Assembly (NCBI GenBank): GCA_029856435.1 | Contig: JAHQXB010000176.1 | Location: 1 to 56,639, forward strand | From: Candidatus Jordarchaeia archaeon | Lineage (GTDB): Archaea; Asgardarchaeota; Jordiarchaeia; Jordiarchaeales; Jordiarchaeaceae | DNA: 56,639 nucleotides | Reading direction: 5' to 3' | Shown here: piece after piece, positions 28,926-39,452 of the stretch | Numbering within the stretch: position 1 is the first letter of the stretch | Layout: each line of letters opens with the position of its first letter | Program-made: the position numbers and the translations under genes | The notes under the pieces: generated by a model | The model's input: the letters and a program-made list of their open reading frames with translations, nothing else | Told to the model about the DNA's origin: nothing | Databases searched by the model: none

Positions 28926-30419
28926 TTGAAGATTCCAAGATTAGAGGTTTTAAGTAGTGATGAGATTACACAGATCCACAATGCCTCCATGGAGATATTG
29001 GAGGATGTGGGAGTCAAAATAGATGTAGGCGAGGCGCGAGAAATACTGAAGAAGGCGGGAGCGGAAGTAAATGAGGAAAGCCACATGGTGAAAATGCCAG
29101 AGTACATGGTTAAAGAAGCTTTAAATAAGGCTCCCAGTCAATTCATACTCTACGGCCGTGAGGAAAAGTTCAAGCTAAGAGTGGGAGGCGACACACTAAC
29201 CTTCACCTTCTCGCCCACCCCAGTTAAAATTATTGATTCAGAAACCGGAAGGGTCAGGGAAACCACTCTTAAGGACGTGGAGAACAAGTACCGACTGATA
29301 GATGCTCTAAAATACATTAACACTTCCCACACCGACGTTTGGGCCCACGACGTCCCCCTCACCACACTACACGCCTATGAAATATTGACTTGGGCTAAAA
29401 ACACGATAAAGTGTTTTGGAATAGGCCCCTATGGAGTTATGGCTTCCCAAGACGTAATAAATATGGTTTCCATGGTTGCAGGAGGAGAGGAAGAGCTCAT
29501 AAAGAAGCCCCGCATAATCGGCTTCTATAATCCCGTTAGTCCCCTGCAAACTTCGGACATTGTTATGAGGGGAATGATGATTTTTAACCGGTACAAACAG
29601 CCCATGATAATTGCACCCGAAGCCCAAGCGGGAGCCACTGCCCCCTCAACCCTCGCAGGCCTTCTAGTCCAACAAAACGCCGAAATACTCAGCAACCTAG
29701 TGCTCTGCGAGCTTGTTAGTCCGGGAACACCAGTACTCTATGGCACCGTCTCAACAATAACAGATATGCGCACCGGAAACATAGCCCTAGGCTCCATAGA
29801 AACCGGACTAATATATGCTGCCTCTGCTCAACTTGCGAAGTTCTACCGCCTTCCCTCGAGGGCACTGGCGGGAACAAGTGAGTCGATGCTTGTAGACATC
29901 CAAGCGGGATTCGAAAAGGCTCTCACTCTCTTCATGGCGGCTGCCGCCAGAATAAACTACATCACCTGCGCTGGAACCATCGAATCCAGCATAACAACAA
30001 ACATGGAGCTCATAATGATTGACGAGGAACTTATAGGAATGATTAGAAGATCCTTGGAAGGAATAGAAGTAAACGAAAACACCCTAGCCATAGATGTAAT
30101 AAAAGAGGTGGGTGCAGGTGGCTCATACTTAAGCCACAAACACACTCTCAAAAACTTCCAGAAGGAACAGTACATACCTTTCCTAATAGACAGGAGCAAG
30201 AGGGAAGTATGGGAAAAACGCGGCTCAAAAAGCATCATTGACGTTGCGAGGGAAAAATGGCAAAAAATACTGAAGGAACACCAACCAGAACCACTGGATA
30301 AAAGTGTGGAGAAAAAGCTCCTAGACTACCTAGAAATGGTGAAGAAAAGAACCCTAGACGACTACTTTAAAGCTGAAGGAATCGAGAGAAAACCAACTGG
30401 ACTACCCAACCTACCATAA
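28926..30419 (+). CDS. Trimethylamine methyltransferase (MttB) superfamily protein, pyrrolysine-free
   Basis: AGATAPSTLAG.L.QQNAE.L, PGTPVLYG, DMRTG, DIQAGFEK, GSYLSHKHT; no in-frame TAG. Confidence 0.92.
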   Translation: MKIPRLEVLSSDEITQIHNASMEILEDVGVKIDVGEAREILKKAGAEVNEESHMVKMPEYMVKEALNKAPSQFILYGREEKFKLRVGGDTLTFTFSPTPVKIIDSETGRVRETTLKDVENKYRLIDALKYINTSHTDVWAHDVPLTTLHAYEILTWAKNTIKCFGIGPYGVMASQDVINMVSMVAGGEEELIKKPRIIGFYNPVSPLQTSDIVMRGMMIFNRYKQPMIIAPEAQAGATAPSTLAGLLVQQNAEILSNLVLCELVSPGTPVLYGTVSTITDMRTGNIALGSIETGLIYAASAQLAKFYRLPSRALAGTSESMLVDIQAGFEKALTLFMAAAARINYITCAGTIESSITTNMELIMIDEELIGMIRRSLEGIEVNENTLAIDVIKEVGAGGSYLSHKHTLKNFQKEQYIPFLIDRSKREVWEKRGSKSIIDVAREKWQKILKEHQPEPLDKSVEKKLLDYLEMVKKRTLDDYFKAEGIERKPTGLPNLP

Positions 30420-30751
30420 AATACGAGAACACAATAAAACTACTTTTCCCCTCTCCCCTTTTTTCATAGGAAGTCTTGGATGGTATACTTCCGCCACATA
30501 TGTGTGTTTTTTGGACAATTTTAGTTTTCGACCAAAAAGGAGCCCAAGAAATGTTTTTCTAGAATTGAGGGAAGGAATAAGTGTTTTTAAAGAGGGGATA
30601 AAAGATGCTCACTATCAAAAACTTAACAATTCGCTCTGAAAATTTTTAGGTTCCAGCTTTTTGAGACGCTTAATCTCTGGCTCTAAATTTATAACTGAGA
30701 AGTAGTGAGAATAATTAGTTTAACCCAGATTTTCCAAAGGAGGTAGTAGTT

Positions 30752-31600
30752 GTGGAGAATTATGAAACAATAAAGTATAAGGAATTGGAGGATGGAATCT
30801 CCATTGTCAGTCTAAATCGCCCGGATAAGCTGAATGCCTTCACTATTCAGATGATTGAGGAGCTCCACGACCTTTTTGACAAGTTGGAGTGGGACTTGGA
30901 TGTGCGGGTGCTAATTCTAACCGGTGAGGGGCGAGCGTTCAGTGCTGGAACGGATCTCAACGAATGTGCAAGAATCTACGCCCCCGAAATAATGGAGAAC
31001 TACAAACATATTAAGTACATGGATATTCCAGAAGTGGCCAAAAGGCAATACTATGCCCAGGTGCGAACCTCCCAGCTGGCTTTAAAAATGCGCCAAATCC
31101 CCCAACCCATTATTGCCGCCATAAAGGGTCCCGCGGTAGGCATGGCTTTCGCCCTATCTCTAGCTGCAGATATACGCATCGCAGGGGAGAGCGCCAGGTT
31201 TAGAAATTCAGTGTTTCTCTTGGGACTTTCAGGAGTAGACATAGGCAATAGCTACTTTTTACCAAGATTAGTGGGCTGGTCCCGAGCTGCGGAAATTATT
31301 TACACTGCAAGGTTCGTGGAAGCCCAAGAAGCAGAGAGAATAGGCCTCGTTTCCCGTGTGGTTCCAGATGACAAACTTATGGATGAAGCAATAGCAATGG
31401 CAAAAATTCTCGTAGCAAAAAGTCCCCTAGGTCTAAGACTAACTAAATCCTCCATAAATATAAACTTCAACGCACCCAACCTAGAAACCGCCCTCGCCAT
31501 GGAAAACAGGGCTCAAGTAATATGCATGGGCACCACGGATCCCAAAGAAGGCATCACCGCATTCTTCGAGAAGAGAGAACCCAAATATCCCAGAAGGTAA
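30752..31600 (+). CDS. Crotonase-superfamily enzyme (paralog 1), both canonical Glu absent
   Basis: LNRPDKLNA, AFSAGTDL, PIIAAIKGPA, GLSGVDIG, AERIGLV. Confidence 0.92.
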   Translation: MENYETIKYKELEDGISIVSLNRPDKLNAFTIQMIEELHDLFDKLEWDLDVRVLILTGEGRAFSAGTDLNECARIYAPEIMENYKHIKYMDIPEVAKRQYYAQVRTSQLALKMRQIPQPIIAAIKGPAVGMAFALSLAADIRIAGESARFRNSVFLLGLSGVDIGNSYFLPRLVGWSRAAEIIYTARFVEAQEAERIGLVSRVVPDDKLMDEAIAMAKILVAKSPLGLRLTKSSININFNAPNLETALAMENRAQVICMGTTDPKEGITAFFEKREPKYPRR

Positions 31601-32039
31601 CCCTAAAACCCCAACCAATTTTTTCACAATCCCCAAACATACTTAAAAGTCTCCAAAAACCCTTTTCCAATCAGCCACTACTTATGTCCAATTTTTAATT
31701 AAGAACTCTTACCGAATGATCAGCTGGCAGAAACCGAAGCTCATCACCCCAATTTTCCTCCCCTTGCAAGAAACCTGAACACACAAAAATGGAGATCCAC
31801 TTTTCCAAGGCTCACCCATCTACCTTAGATGCGTTGCTCCTTTAAGGTTTCAACTCACACTCTCATTCAGATGAAGTTAACCCTTATTGAATGTTTTCAA
31901 GGGTGTTCCGCACTTCCTTTTTTGTATCAGGTTTTTTCGAATTAATCCTTTAATTATGGGTTCCTAAAGTTGGAGACTTATCGAAACAGTTTTATCTTTA
32001 AATGACTAGATATGAAACCAAATTAGCTCCTTTGGAGGT

Positions 32040-33224
32040 ATGAAGTTGTCAGTTGATATTATCGATAAATTGAAGGACGATATCGGCCCAGAATACATAC
32101 TCCAAATGTATGATCCCGGCTCTGGTATGAGAGGTGTAATAGTAATTGATACTGCTGCTTTCGGAGTTGCTGCCGGCGGTATCAGAATGCTTCCTGACAT
32201 AACTACTGAGGAAATCTTCCACCTAGCCAGAGCCATGACCTACAAGTTTGCAGCTCTGGATATGCCTGTGGGTGGCGCTAAATCAGGAATATTCGCTGAC
32301 CCTGCTGATCCTAAAAGAGAAAAGATACTTGCCGCCTATGGTAGACAAATCGCCCCATTTTTGAAACAACTCATGTATATTCCTGGTGCGGATATGGGCA
32401 CCTCAGATGAGGATGTAGGCAAAATATACAAGTATGCAGGTATGAGTGAAATGGCTCCCAGCGGTTTGACCCTCAAAGAAAAGGAAGGCATGCCTCTGGA
32501 AGATCACCTGACGGGATATGGGGTGGTCGTAGCTGCCAAGGTCGCCAGCGAACAAATAAAACTCTCTATGAAGGATGCGACTGTAGCTATAGAGGGCTTC
32601 GGCAAGGTTGGAGGAGGAGTGGCACGCTATATGGCTCGTTCGGGAGCCAAAGTGGTAGCATTATCCACAATTGAGGGCGCAATATACAACCCTAACGGCT
32701 TAGATGTAGAGAAAATGTTAACAATGCGAAAGAAGTACGGAGATAAGGTGGTTTTAGAGTACAAGGACGCCAAGCCGATTAAAAGGGAGGAGCTGTTTAC
32801 ACTGCCTGTAGACATACTGGTTCCTGGTGCTAGACCCTACGTGATAAACAAGAAAAACGCGGGTAAAATTAAGGCTAAGCTAATTAGTTCTGGAGCTAAC
32901 ATTCCAGTTACTGATGAGGCTGAGAAAATCCTTTTGGAGAAGGGGATAGTTGTTATTCCAGACTTCATCTCGAACTCGGGAGGCGTCATTGCTGCTACTT
33001 TGGACCGCATGAGTGCTACTGAAGAGCAAGCCTTCAAACTGGTAGAGGAGAAGATAACGGCTTCCGTGGGAAAGGTATTGTCCAAGGCCCTTAAGGAGAA
33101 AAGGGTTCCCACAGAAGTGGCAAAAGAAATGGCAATACAAAAAGTAAAACAAGCAATGAAAAAGAGGCAACAGGTACAAGCACAAGAGTTGGAAAAAATC
33201 ATGAGGGAAAAATTCAAGGCTTAA
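32040..33224 (+). CDS. Glu/Leu/Phe/Val dehydrogenase family protein
   Basis: GGIR, MTYK, GGAKSG, GADMGT, LTGYGV, EGFGKVG, PDFISNSGGV; start could be TTG 32046. Confidence 0.92.
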   Translation: MKLSVDIIDKLKDDIGPEYILQMYDPGSGMRGVIVIDTAAFGVAAGGIRMLPDITTEEIFHLARAMTYKFAALDMPVGGAKSGIFADPADPKREKILAAYGRQIAPFLKQLMYIPGADMGTSDEDVGKIYKYAGMSEMAPSGLTLKEKEGMPLEDHLTGYGVVVAAKVASEQIKLSMKDATVAIEGFGKVGGGVARYMARSGAKVVALSTIEGAIYNPNGLDVEKMLTMRKKYGDKVVLEYKDAKPIKREELFTLPVDILVPGARPYVINKKNAGKIKAKLISSGANIPVTDEAEKILLEKGIVVIPDFISNSGGVIAATLDRMSATEEQAFKLVEEKITASVGKVLSKALKEKRVPTEVAKEMAIQKVKQAMKKRQQVQAQELEKIMREKFKA

Positions 33225-33394
33225 AAATGACTCCCATTTCACATTTTTCTTTAACGAAGTTTTGAAGGCTTTTGTCTTTTTTCTGAAATGTTTAACAATT
33301 TTTGTGTTTTTACTCTTTTTTATTTAGGCGTGCCCACATTTTTATAAATGTTTAATTGAATTGGATTAAACAAATTTGTTTTGGAGGTTTCTAA

Positions 33395-34246
33395 ATGGTG
33401 GATTATAAGACTATTAGGTATCAGGAATTGGAGGAAGGTATAGGTATATTAACCCTGAATAGGCCGGAGAGGCTCAATGCGCTTAATTTTGAGATGATTG
33501 AGGAACTCCACGACTTATTGGGCGAGTTAGAGTGGAATATGGATTGTCGAGTGCTAATAATTACTGGGGAAGGACGAGCGTTCTGTTCCGGAACGGATCT
33601 TAAGGAAGCTTCCCTATTTGAGTCCTTAGATAAGCTTCCAGAAAAATATTCAAAGCTGAAGTATTTGAATGTGGGGGACGAAGCCAAGAGGAAGATGTAT
33701 GGCCAGAGAAGAATTGCGGATGTCATACTTCAGCTGAGAAGAATTAATCAACCAGTAATTGCCGCAGTGAGGGGACCCGCAACTGGAGGAGGCTTCGCCC
33801 TAGCTATGGCTGCAGATATTAGGATAGCGGGTGAAAGTGCAAGATTCAACAACGCCTTCATAAACATTGGCATGTCCGGAACTGACGTTGGAAGTAGCTA
33901 TTTTCTACCCAGACTAATCGGATTATCACGAGCCGCAGAAATACTATACACTGGAAGATTCGTAGATGCACGGGAAGCTGAGAGAATAGGGTTCGTCTCC
34001 AGAGTGGTTCCCGACGACAAGTTGATGGAAGCCACCTTGGAACTAGCGCGAGAAATGCTCAAAAAAACACCCCTCGGACTGCGCTTAACCAAGGAAGCGA
34101 TAAACATGAATATAGATGCTCCAAGCCTTGAAGCAGCCCTATATCTTGAAAACCGGAACCAAGTAGTTTGTATGAGTACTAAAGACGTTTTTGAAGCCCT
34201 AATGGCCTTTATGGAGAAAAGAAGCCCAAAATATGGGAAGCGCTAA
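33395..34246 (+). CDS. Crotonase-superfamily enzyme (paralog 2), both canonical Glu absent
   Basis: LNRPERLNA, AFCSGTDL, GPATGGGFALAMAADIR, GMSGTDVG. Confidence 0.92.
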   Translation: MVDYKTIRYQELEEGIGILTLNRPERLNALNFEMIEELHDLLGELEWNMDCRVLIITGEGRAFCSGTDLKEASLFESLDKLPEKYSKLKYLNVGDEAKRKMYGQRRIADVILQLRRINQPVIAAVRGPATGGGFALAMAADIRIAGESARFNNAFINIGMSGTDVGSSYFLPRLIGLSRAAEILYTGRFVDAREAERIGFVSRVVPDDKLMEATLELAREMLKKTPLGLRLTKEAINMNIDAPSLEAALYLENRNQVVCMSTKDVFEALMAFMEKRSPKYGKR

Positions 34247-34267
34247 GCCCCCCTTTACTCCCCTTTT

Positions 34268-36370
34268 TTATGCTTTTAGAAGCTCCAGCATTTTTCCAAC
34301 ATCTGTGGTTGGGAACTTGCAGGCAAGATTTTGGCACACGTAGGCTGTAGCTTTGCCCCCAATGCTCTCCTGGTTTTTAGTGAACTCAGCAATATTGGTG
34401 ATTTCAGGAGATCTCTCATCGCTGGGGACAAAAAGCACCACCTTGTTGGGAACAAATTTCCCTCTAAGGGCTCTCAGCATGGCCTTAGTATCATCAGCCT
34501 GAGTGTTACCCACAATGACCACCTCATAGGAAGGCCCTAAAGCAAAATCCAGTCCCACCATAAATTGTGTGTGTCCCATAGGGTTTCTGGAGACGGTACT
34601 AGAGAAGGCACGCACTAATTGCGCAGCCTTCTCTTCATATTCTGGGTTTGCCGTCAAGCGACTGAGGAGAAGAAGGTCCAGCATTGCCACAGAGTTTCCG
34701 GAGGGGTAAGCGCCATCATATATTTCCTTCTTTCGGATAAGAACATTTTCTGCATCACTTGCAGTGAAGTAGAAGCCTCCACTCACAGCGTCCCAGAAAA
34801 GTTCAATCATTTCCCCAGATAGATTGATGGCTTCCCGCAAATACTTCACTTCAAAGTTTGCCTCATAAAGTTCAATTAGGCCATAAATGAGGAAGGCATA
34901 GTCATCCAAAAAGCCAAGTATAGCGGCTTCACCCTCACGGTAACGATGATAAAGCCGCCCCTCTGCGTTGTGCATTTTTTCAAGTATGAAATCAGCCGCC
35001 CTTTTAGCAGCGTCCAAGTATTCCGGCTTTTCTAGAACTTGGGCTGCCTTGGCCAGAGCCGCAATCATTAAACCGTTCCAATCGGTTAAAATTTTATCAT
35101 CTTTGTGGGGGTGTACCCTTTTCTCCCTTTCCAAAAAGAGCTTCTGCCTTGCATTCTCTAAGAGTTTTAAGGTTTCTTCCAGCGGCATTCGAAGCTCCGA
35201 AATTATTTCGGGAAGCGGCTTTTTGAGGTGTAATATGTTTTTTCCAGTCTTTCTCCTTGACGCTTCCTCCTCAAAGTTACCCTCCTTGCTAATGTTGTAG
35301 ATTTTTATTACGGCTTCCGCTTCTTTCCTTGAGAGTATTTGTCTGATTTCCTCCTCTCTCCAAAGGTAAAACTTTCCTTCCTCACCCTCACTGTCAGCAT
35401 CCTCAGCGGAGTAAAATCCTCCCTCAGGAGAAACCATGTCTCGCAAAACATAGGTCAGCACTTCCTGAACTGTTTGGGAATAAACTAATTTTCCAGTGAC
35501 TTGATAGGCTTCAATGAAAGCCAACACCAGCAACGCTTGATCATACAGCATTTTTTCAAAATGTGGAACCAGCCACTTGTTATCCACTGAGTATCGGTGG
35601 AAGCCGAAACCTACATGGTCATATACGCCGCCCAGACGCATAGCCTGAAGAGTTTTTTCCACCATCTTTAGGGGCCAATTGTCACCGGAGCGCTTCCAGT
35701 AGCGGAGCAGAAAATAGAGATTGTGGGGTGTGGGAAACTTGCGACCGTACCCAAAGCCTCCATTTCGCTCATCAAAGATATCGTAAAGATTTTCATAGCT
35801 TCTGTGAAGAATTTCTTCGCCCAAATCTTCACCTGGAGTCTCCCTTGAAGCGGACTTGATTGAAGCTACTATCCGCTCAGCTGAATTCTCCACCTCTTCC
35901 CTACGTTTCTCCCAAAACTCCTTAATCCTTGGTATTAGGCTTTTCATCCCAGTTAGACCAAACCTATTCTCCTTAGGAATATAGGTGCCTGCAAAGAATG
36001 GTTTCCCGCTGGGCGTCATAATTATGGTTAGAGGCCAGCCACCTGAGCCAGTCATCATTTGGCAAACCATCATGTAAACATTGTCTAGGTCCGGCCTCTC
36101 CTCCCTATCCACCTTAATGGAAACAAATGTTTCATTCATCAGTCTGGCTACTTCGGGGTCTTCGAAGGATTCCTTTTCCATTACGTGACACCAGTGACAG
36201 GTAGAGTAACCGATGGACAGAAAAATGGGTTTATCTTCCCTTCTTGCCTTTTCAAAAGCCTCCTCGCCCCAAGGATACCAATCCACAGGATTATAAGCAT
36301 GCTGCAAAAGATAAGGGCTTTTCTGAAAAATCAACCTATTAGGACGCCTCTCCGCGGACATATCAACCAT
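34268..36370 (-). CDS. Thioredoxin-domain DUF255/YyaL (SPATA20-like) protein
   Basis: [67 protein letters not shown]. Confidence 0.95.
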   Translation of the reverse strand: MVDMSAERRPNRLIFQKSPYLLQHAYNPVDWYPWGEEAFEKARREDKPIFLSIGYSTCHWCHVMEKESFEDPEVARLMNETFVSIKVDREERPDLDNVYMMVCQMMTGSGGWPLTIIMTPSGKPFFAGTYIPKENRFGLTGMKSLIPRIKEFWEKRREEVENSAERIVASIKSASRETPGEDLGEEILHRSYENLYDIFDERNGGFGYGRKFPTPHNLYFLLRYWKRSGDNWPLKMVEKTLQAMRLGGVYDHVGFGFHRYSVDNKWLVPHFEKMLYDQALLVLAFIEAYQVTGKLVYSQTVQEVLTYVLRDMVSPEGGFYSAEDADSEGEEGKFYLWREEEIRQILSRKEAEAVIKIYNISKEGNFEEEASRRKTGKNILHLKKPLPEIISELRMPLEETLKLLENARQKLFLEREKRVHPHKDDKILTDWNGLMIAALAKAAQVLEKPEYLDAAKRAADFILEKMHNAEGRLYHRYREGEAAILGFLDDYAFLIYGLIELYEANFEVKYLREAINLSGEMIELFWDAVSGGFYFTASDAENVLIRKKEIYDGAYPSGNSVAMLDLLLLSRLTANPEYEEKAAQLVRAFSSTVSRNPMGHTQFMVGLDFALGPSYEVVIVGNTQADDTKAMLRALRGKFVPNKVVLFVPSDERSPEITNIAEFTKNQESIGGKATAYVCQNLACKFPTTDVGKMLELLKA

Positions 36371-36584
36371 AAGCTAAATTCCCTACCAATAAAAGATTTA
36401 AGAGACTTGCAGGATAAACGTTTAAAGTTGAAAATAAGAACATTGTGGATAATCTCCCAACCCTTGCACCTTAGAACCTCTCCATAGGGGAAAAGAGTGA
36501 AATACAGCAGGAAGCAAAGTGTCCCAACACTCAAATAAGGGCTCTGTTGAATAATTTTAATTTTTTCAAAAAATTGATTGTTTT

Positions 36585-36655
36585 TTGAAAATTTTTTAAA
36601 TTAACAATGTAAAATTGCAAAAAATTCGTTAAAATGGTAAGAAAATTGAAAAAAT
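36585..36655 (+). repeat. AT-rich dispersed intergenic repeat, copy B
   Basis: Matches 6494-6537; extended match to the reverse complement of 39453-39520. Confidence 0.65.
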
Positions 36656-36702
36656 AAAACTTTTTCAACAGAGCCATAAGCTGGGAATAGCGTTTACTAT
36701 TT

Positions 36703-37071
36703 TTATGGTTTGCCGCGTTTTTTCATTTTTCTTTCTATTTCCTTTAATAAGTCATTTAAGTCTGAAATTTCACTAAGGTTCGGGGGCTTTTCGACATATT
36801 GCAGTTTTGCTGGTTCTCCGTAAATAATTGATTTTACTAGGTGTAGTTTTTCTTCACTGAGAGGCCTCTCTTTGTGTTCTTGGAGGGTTTGAGTCAATTT
36901 CTCTAATATTTCTCTATTTTTAGAGATGACTTCCCTACTTATGGAGCTATCTTTTTCTCTTAGACTCAACTCCTTCCAGCAATCACTAAGATACTCGTTT
37001 ATATCTGTTAACTCTCCACACTCTATGTCGTTCAAGAGTTTCCTTAAACTACTCAGAAAAACTTCTCTCAT
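36703..37071 (-). CDS. Hypothetical helical protein (about 122 aa)
   Basis: Open frame with protein-like, charged amphipathic composition in an otherwise empty interval; ATG 37071 preceded by GGGGAG; no family recognised. Confidence 0.65.
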   Translation of the reverse strand: MREVFLSSLRKLLNDIECGELTDINEYLSDCWKELSLREKDSSISREVISKNREILEKLTQTLQEHKERPLSEEKLHLVKSIIYGEPAKLQYVEKPPNLSEISDLNDLLKEIERKMKKRGKP

Positions 37072-37543
37072 TACCACATCTCCCCTATTTGTTCTTAATG
37101 GTTTGGGGTGCTTAGCTGCATTCAACATTTATTCTATTTTTTAGTGGTCGCAACTTTATTGTGATGCTCCTTAAGCAGCAATTTTCAGTTTAACCAATTA
37201 TCACATTAAAGTAATTCTTAAATAATAACTGATATAAAGTTAATATTCTGTTATAATATGCCATTTCCATTTATTATTTTAGGTCATATAAAAACTTTTG
37301 CTACGCATTTAACCATTTTTAGTCAAAGTGGAGGACGAGGAACCTACAAACACTGAAGAAAAGACTATTTCCGCTTTGTTTATGGATCCCAGATAAGTGA
37401 AAGAAATGCTCCTACAAAGTGTATTTTTAAAGGGTTAAGGGATTCTGCCAGACCAATTTTTTGAGTGAAATACCCACCAAAATTTAAATTTAAGATGGCT
37501 CAAATTCAATTAAACAGATTTTACAGCGGAAGGAGGTTATTTT

Positions 37544-39394
37544 TTGTATGAGGTAAACCCGAAGCTTGAGAAGGAAATAATGAGTGAAATATCTGTTAAA
37601 GAAATTATGAAGAATCTGAAGTGGCTTGCGGAAGAGGCGCCCCAGCGCTTAGCAGGAAGCCCAGAGGATAGAAAAACTGCAGAATGGATTAAAAGCACCC
37701 TTGAAAACTATGGAGTTCACGTTGACATATACGAGTTTGAAGCCTTCCTAAGCTTCCCGGTATATGCAGAGTTGAAGGTTTTATCTCCTGGTCCTCCACG
37801 GTCTATAGATGCGGTTGCCTATGCCCACAGTGCCTCCACAACAGCTTCAGGAATAAGCGGAGAACTGGTTTATGTAGGAGCAGGGGGAGAAAAAGACTAT
37901 GAAAAGGTGGACGCAGAGGGCAAAATAGCTTTAGCAGAAATCTCCTATGACCCGCCCCGACCATACAAGTATAAGATAGCTCAGGACCACGGGGTTAAAG
38001 CCCAAATCCAGATGAACTGGGGCTCCCTAGAACATGATGTCCTGCCTATGGGAACCATGAAGCCCGTGTGGGGTAACCCTACACCCGACACGATAGGACT
38101 GATGCCCACCATCCCTGGCCTCGCCATCAGCCGCAAGAGTGGAGAGTGGCTAAAAGAGCTCCTGAGCAAGGGAAAGGTGAGAGTGTGGTTGAGGGTTGAA
38201 GCGACTCGGGAGTGGATAAAAATTCCTATGCCGGTTGCAACCATTAAGGGTACTGAGGAGCCGGAGAAGTTTGTTATGATGGGGGGACATATGGATGCGT
38301 GGGGTGGAGGAGTAACGGATAATGGGACGGGAATAGTTTGCATGATGGAGATGGCTCGAATCTTCCAGAAGTATAGAGACAGACTAAAGCGTTCCATAAA
38401 GTTTGGATTCTGGGCGGCTCACGAAACCGGCATTATGGAGGGCTCCACTTGGTATACGGATAACTTCTGGTCAGACTTGAACAAAAACTGTGTAGCCTAC
38501 CTTAACTGTGACTCCACGGGAATGGTTGGAAGCAAGCTGTATTTCCCGCTATACCACGAGGAAGTTGAAAGATTCCTCATGAAGGTCATTGAGGACACTT
38601 TGGGGAAGGATGAGGTTAAACAGATAATGGATACAAGGGAGTTTGCAAGGAGCATTGGTTTCGATGTTGGTTTACGTCCCAGTAAGGTGGCGGATAATGG
38701 TTCATTCTTTGGGCTTGGCATTCCAGTGGTTGATGCTCGAACAATGTTTGATGTGGAAACCCTAACCAAGGAACACATGGCGGTGCTGGGATGGTGGTAC
38801 CAGAGCGTTGAAGACACCCTTGACAAGGTGGATCCCAAAATGTTGGAGAAGGTTATGAAGGCGGACTCCATATTTCTTTTGAGACTCATAAACACACCAA
38901 TTATTCCCTTTGAGTTCTTCTCGCTTGCAGGTGTTCTTAAAAACAGGCTCATAAAATTAAATGAGGAAGCCCGGGGAAGAATGGATTTAAAACCCTTAAT
39001 CAAAACAGCTGAAGAACTGGAAAAAAGAACCAAGGAGCTGGACGAAGCCATACAAAAGTTCTGGAACAAGTATCAAAGCCAGCCCTCAAAGGAGGGGAAA
39101 GAACTACTCAAAGAGATCAACCAAACCATTATGAAGCTCAGCAGAATACTGATACCCATAAACTACACTTACATCGGCAGATATGAAAGAGACCCTTATG
39201 GAGCCACCTATGTAAACAAACCGATACCCGTACTACTACCCCTACTGGAATATGCGGATTTGAGCCCAGATTCTGAGAGATACAAGTTATTAACCACAAA
39301 ACTGGTCCAAGAAAAGAACAAGGTACTAGATACCCTAGAAGAAGCTCTGTGGTACACAAATTACATCACTCGAGAAATAAAGAAACAGCTCTAG
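37544..39394 (+). CDS. M28-family metallopeptidase with PA domain
   Basis: RLAGSPED, GELVYVG...DY...DAEGKIAL (PA domain), GHMDAW, TDNGTG, HETG, LNCDS. Confidence 0.9.
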   Translation: MYEVNPKLEKEIMSEISVKEIMKNLKWLAEEAPQRLAGSPEDRKTAEWIKSTLENYGVHVDIYEFEAFLSFPVYAELKVLSPGPPRSIDAVAYAHSASTTASGISGELVYVGAGGEKDYEKVDAEGKIALAEISYDPPRPYKYKIAQDHGVKAQIQMNWGSLEHDVLPMGTMKPVWGNPTPDTIGLMPTIPGLAISRKSGEWLKELLSKGKVRVWLRVEATREWIKIPMPVATIKGTEEPEKFVMMGGHMDAWGGGVTDNGTGIVCMMEMARIFQKYRDRLKRSIKFGFWAAHETGIMEGSTWYTDNFWSDLNKNCVAYLNCDSTGMVGSKLYFPLYHEEVERFLMKVIEDTLGKDEVKQIMDTREFARSIGFDVGLRPSKVADNGSFFGLGIPVVDARTMFDVETLTKEHMAVLGWWYQSVEDTLDKVDPKMLEKVMKADSIFLLRLINTPIIPFEFFSLAGVLKNRLIKLNEEARGRMDLKPLIKTAEELEKRTKELDEAIQKFWNKYQSQPSKEGKELLKEINQTIMKLSRILIPINYTYIGRYERDPYGATYVNKPIPVLLPLLEYADLSPDSERYKLLTTKLVQEKNKVLDTLEEALWYTNYITREIKKQL

Positions 39395-39452
39395 AATAAG
39401 TTGCACACCCTCTTTCTTAACACTTTTTATTTTAACTTTCTCATATTTCCTA

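Noticed and set aside
28926-30419. Possible pyrrolysine read-through in the MttB-family gene
   Set aside because: ORF is continuous with no in-frame TAG
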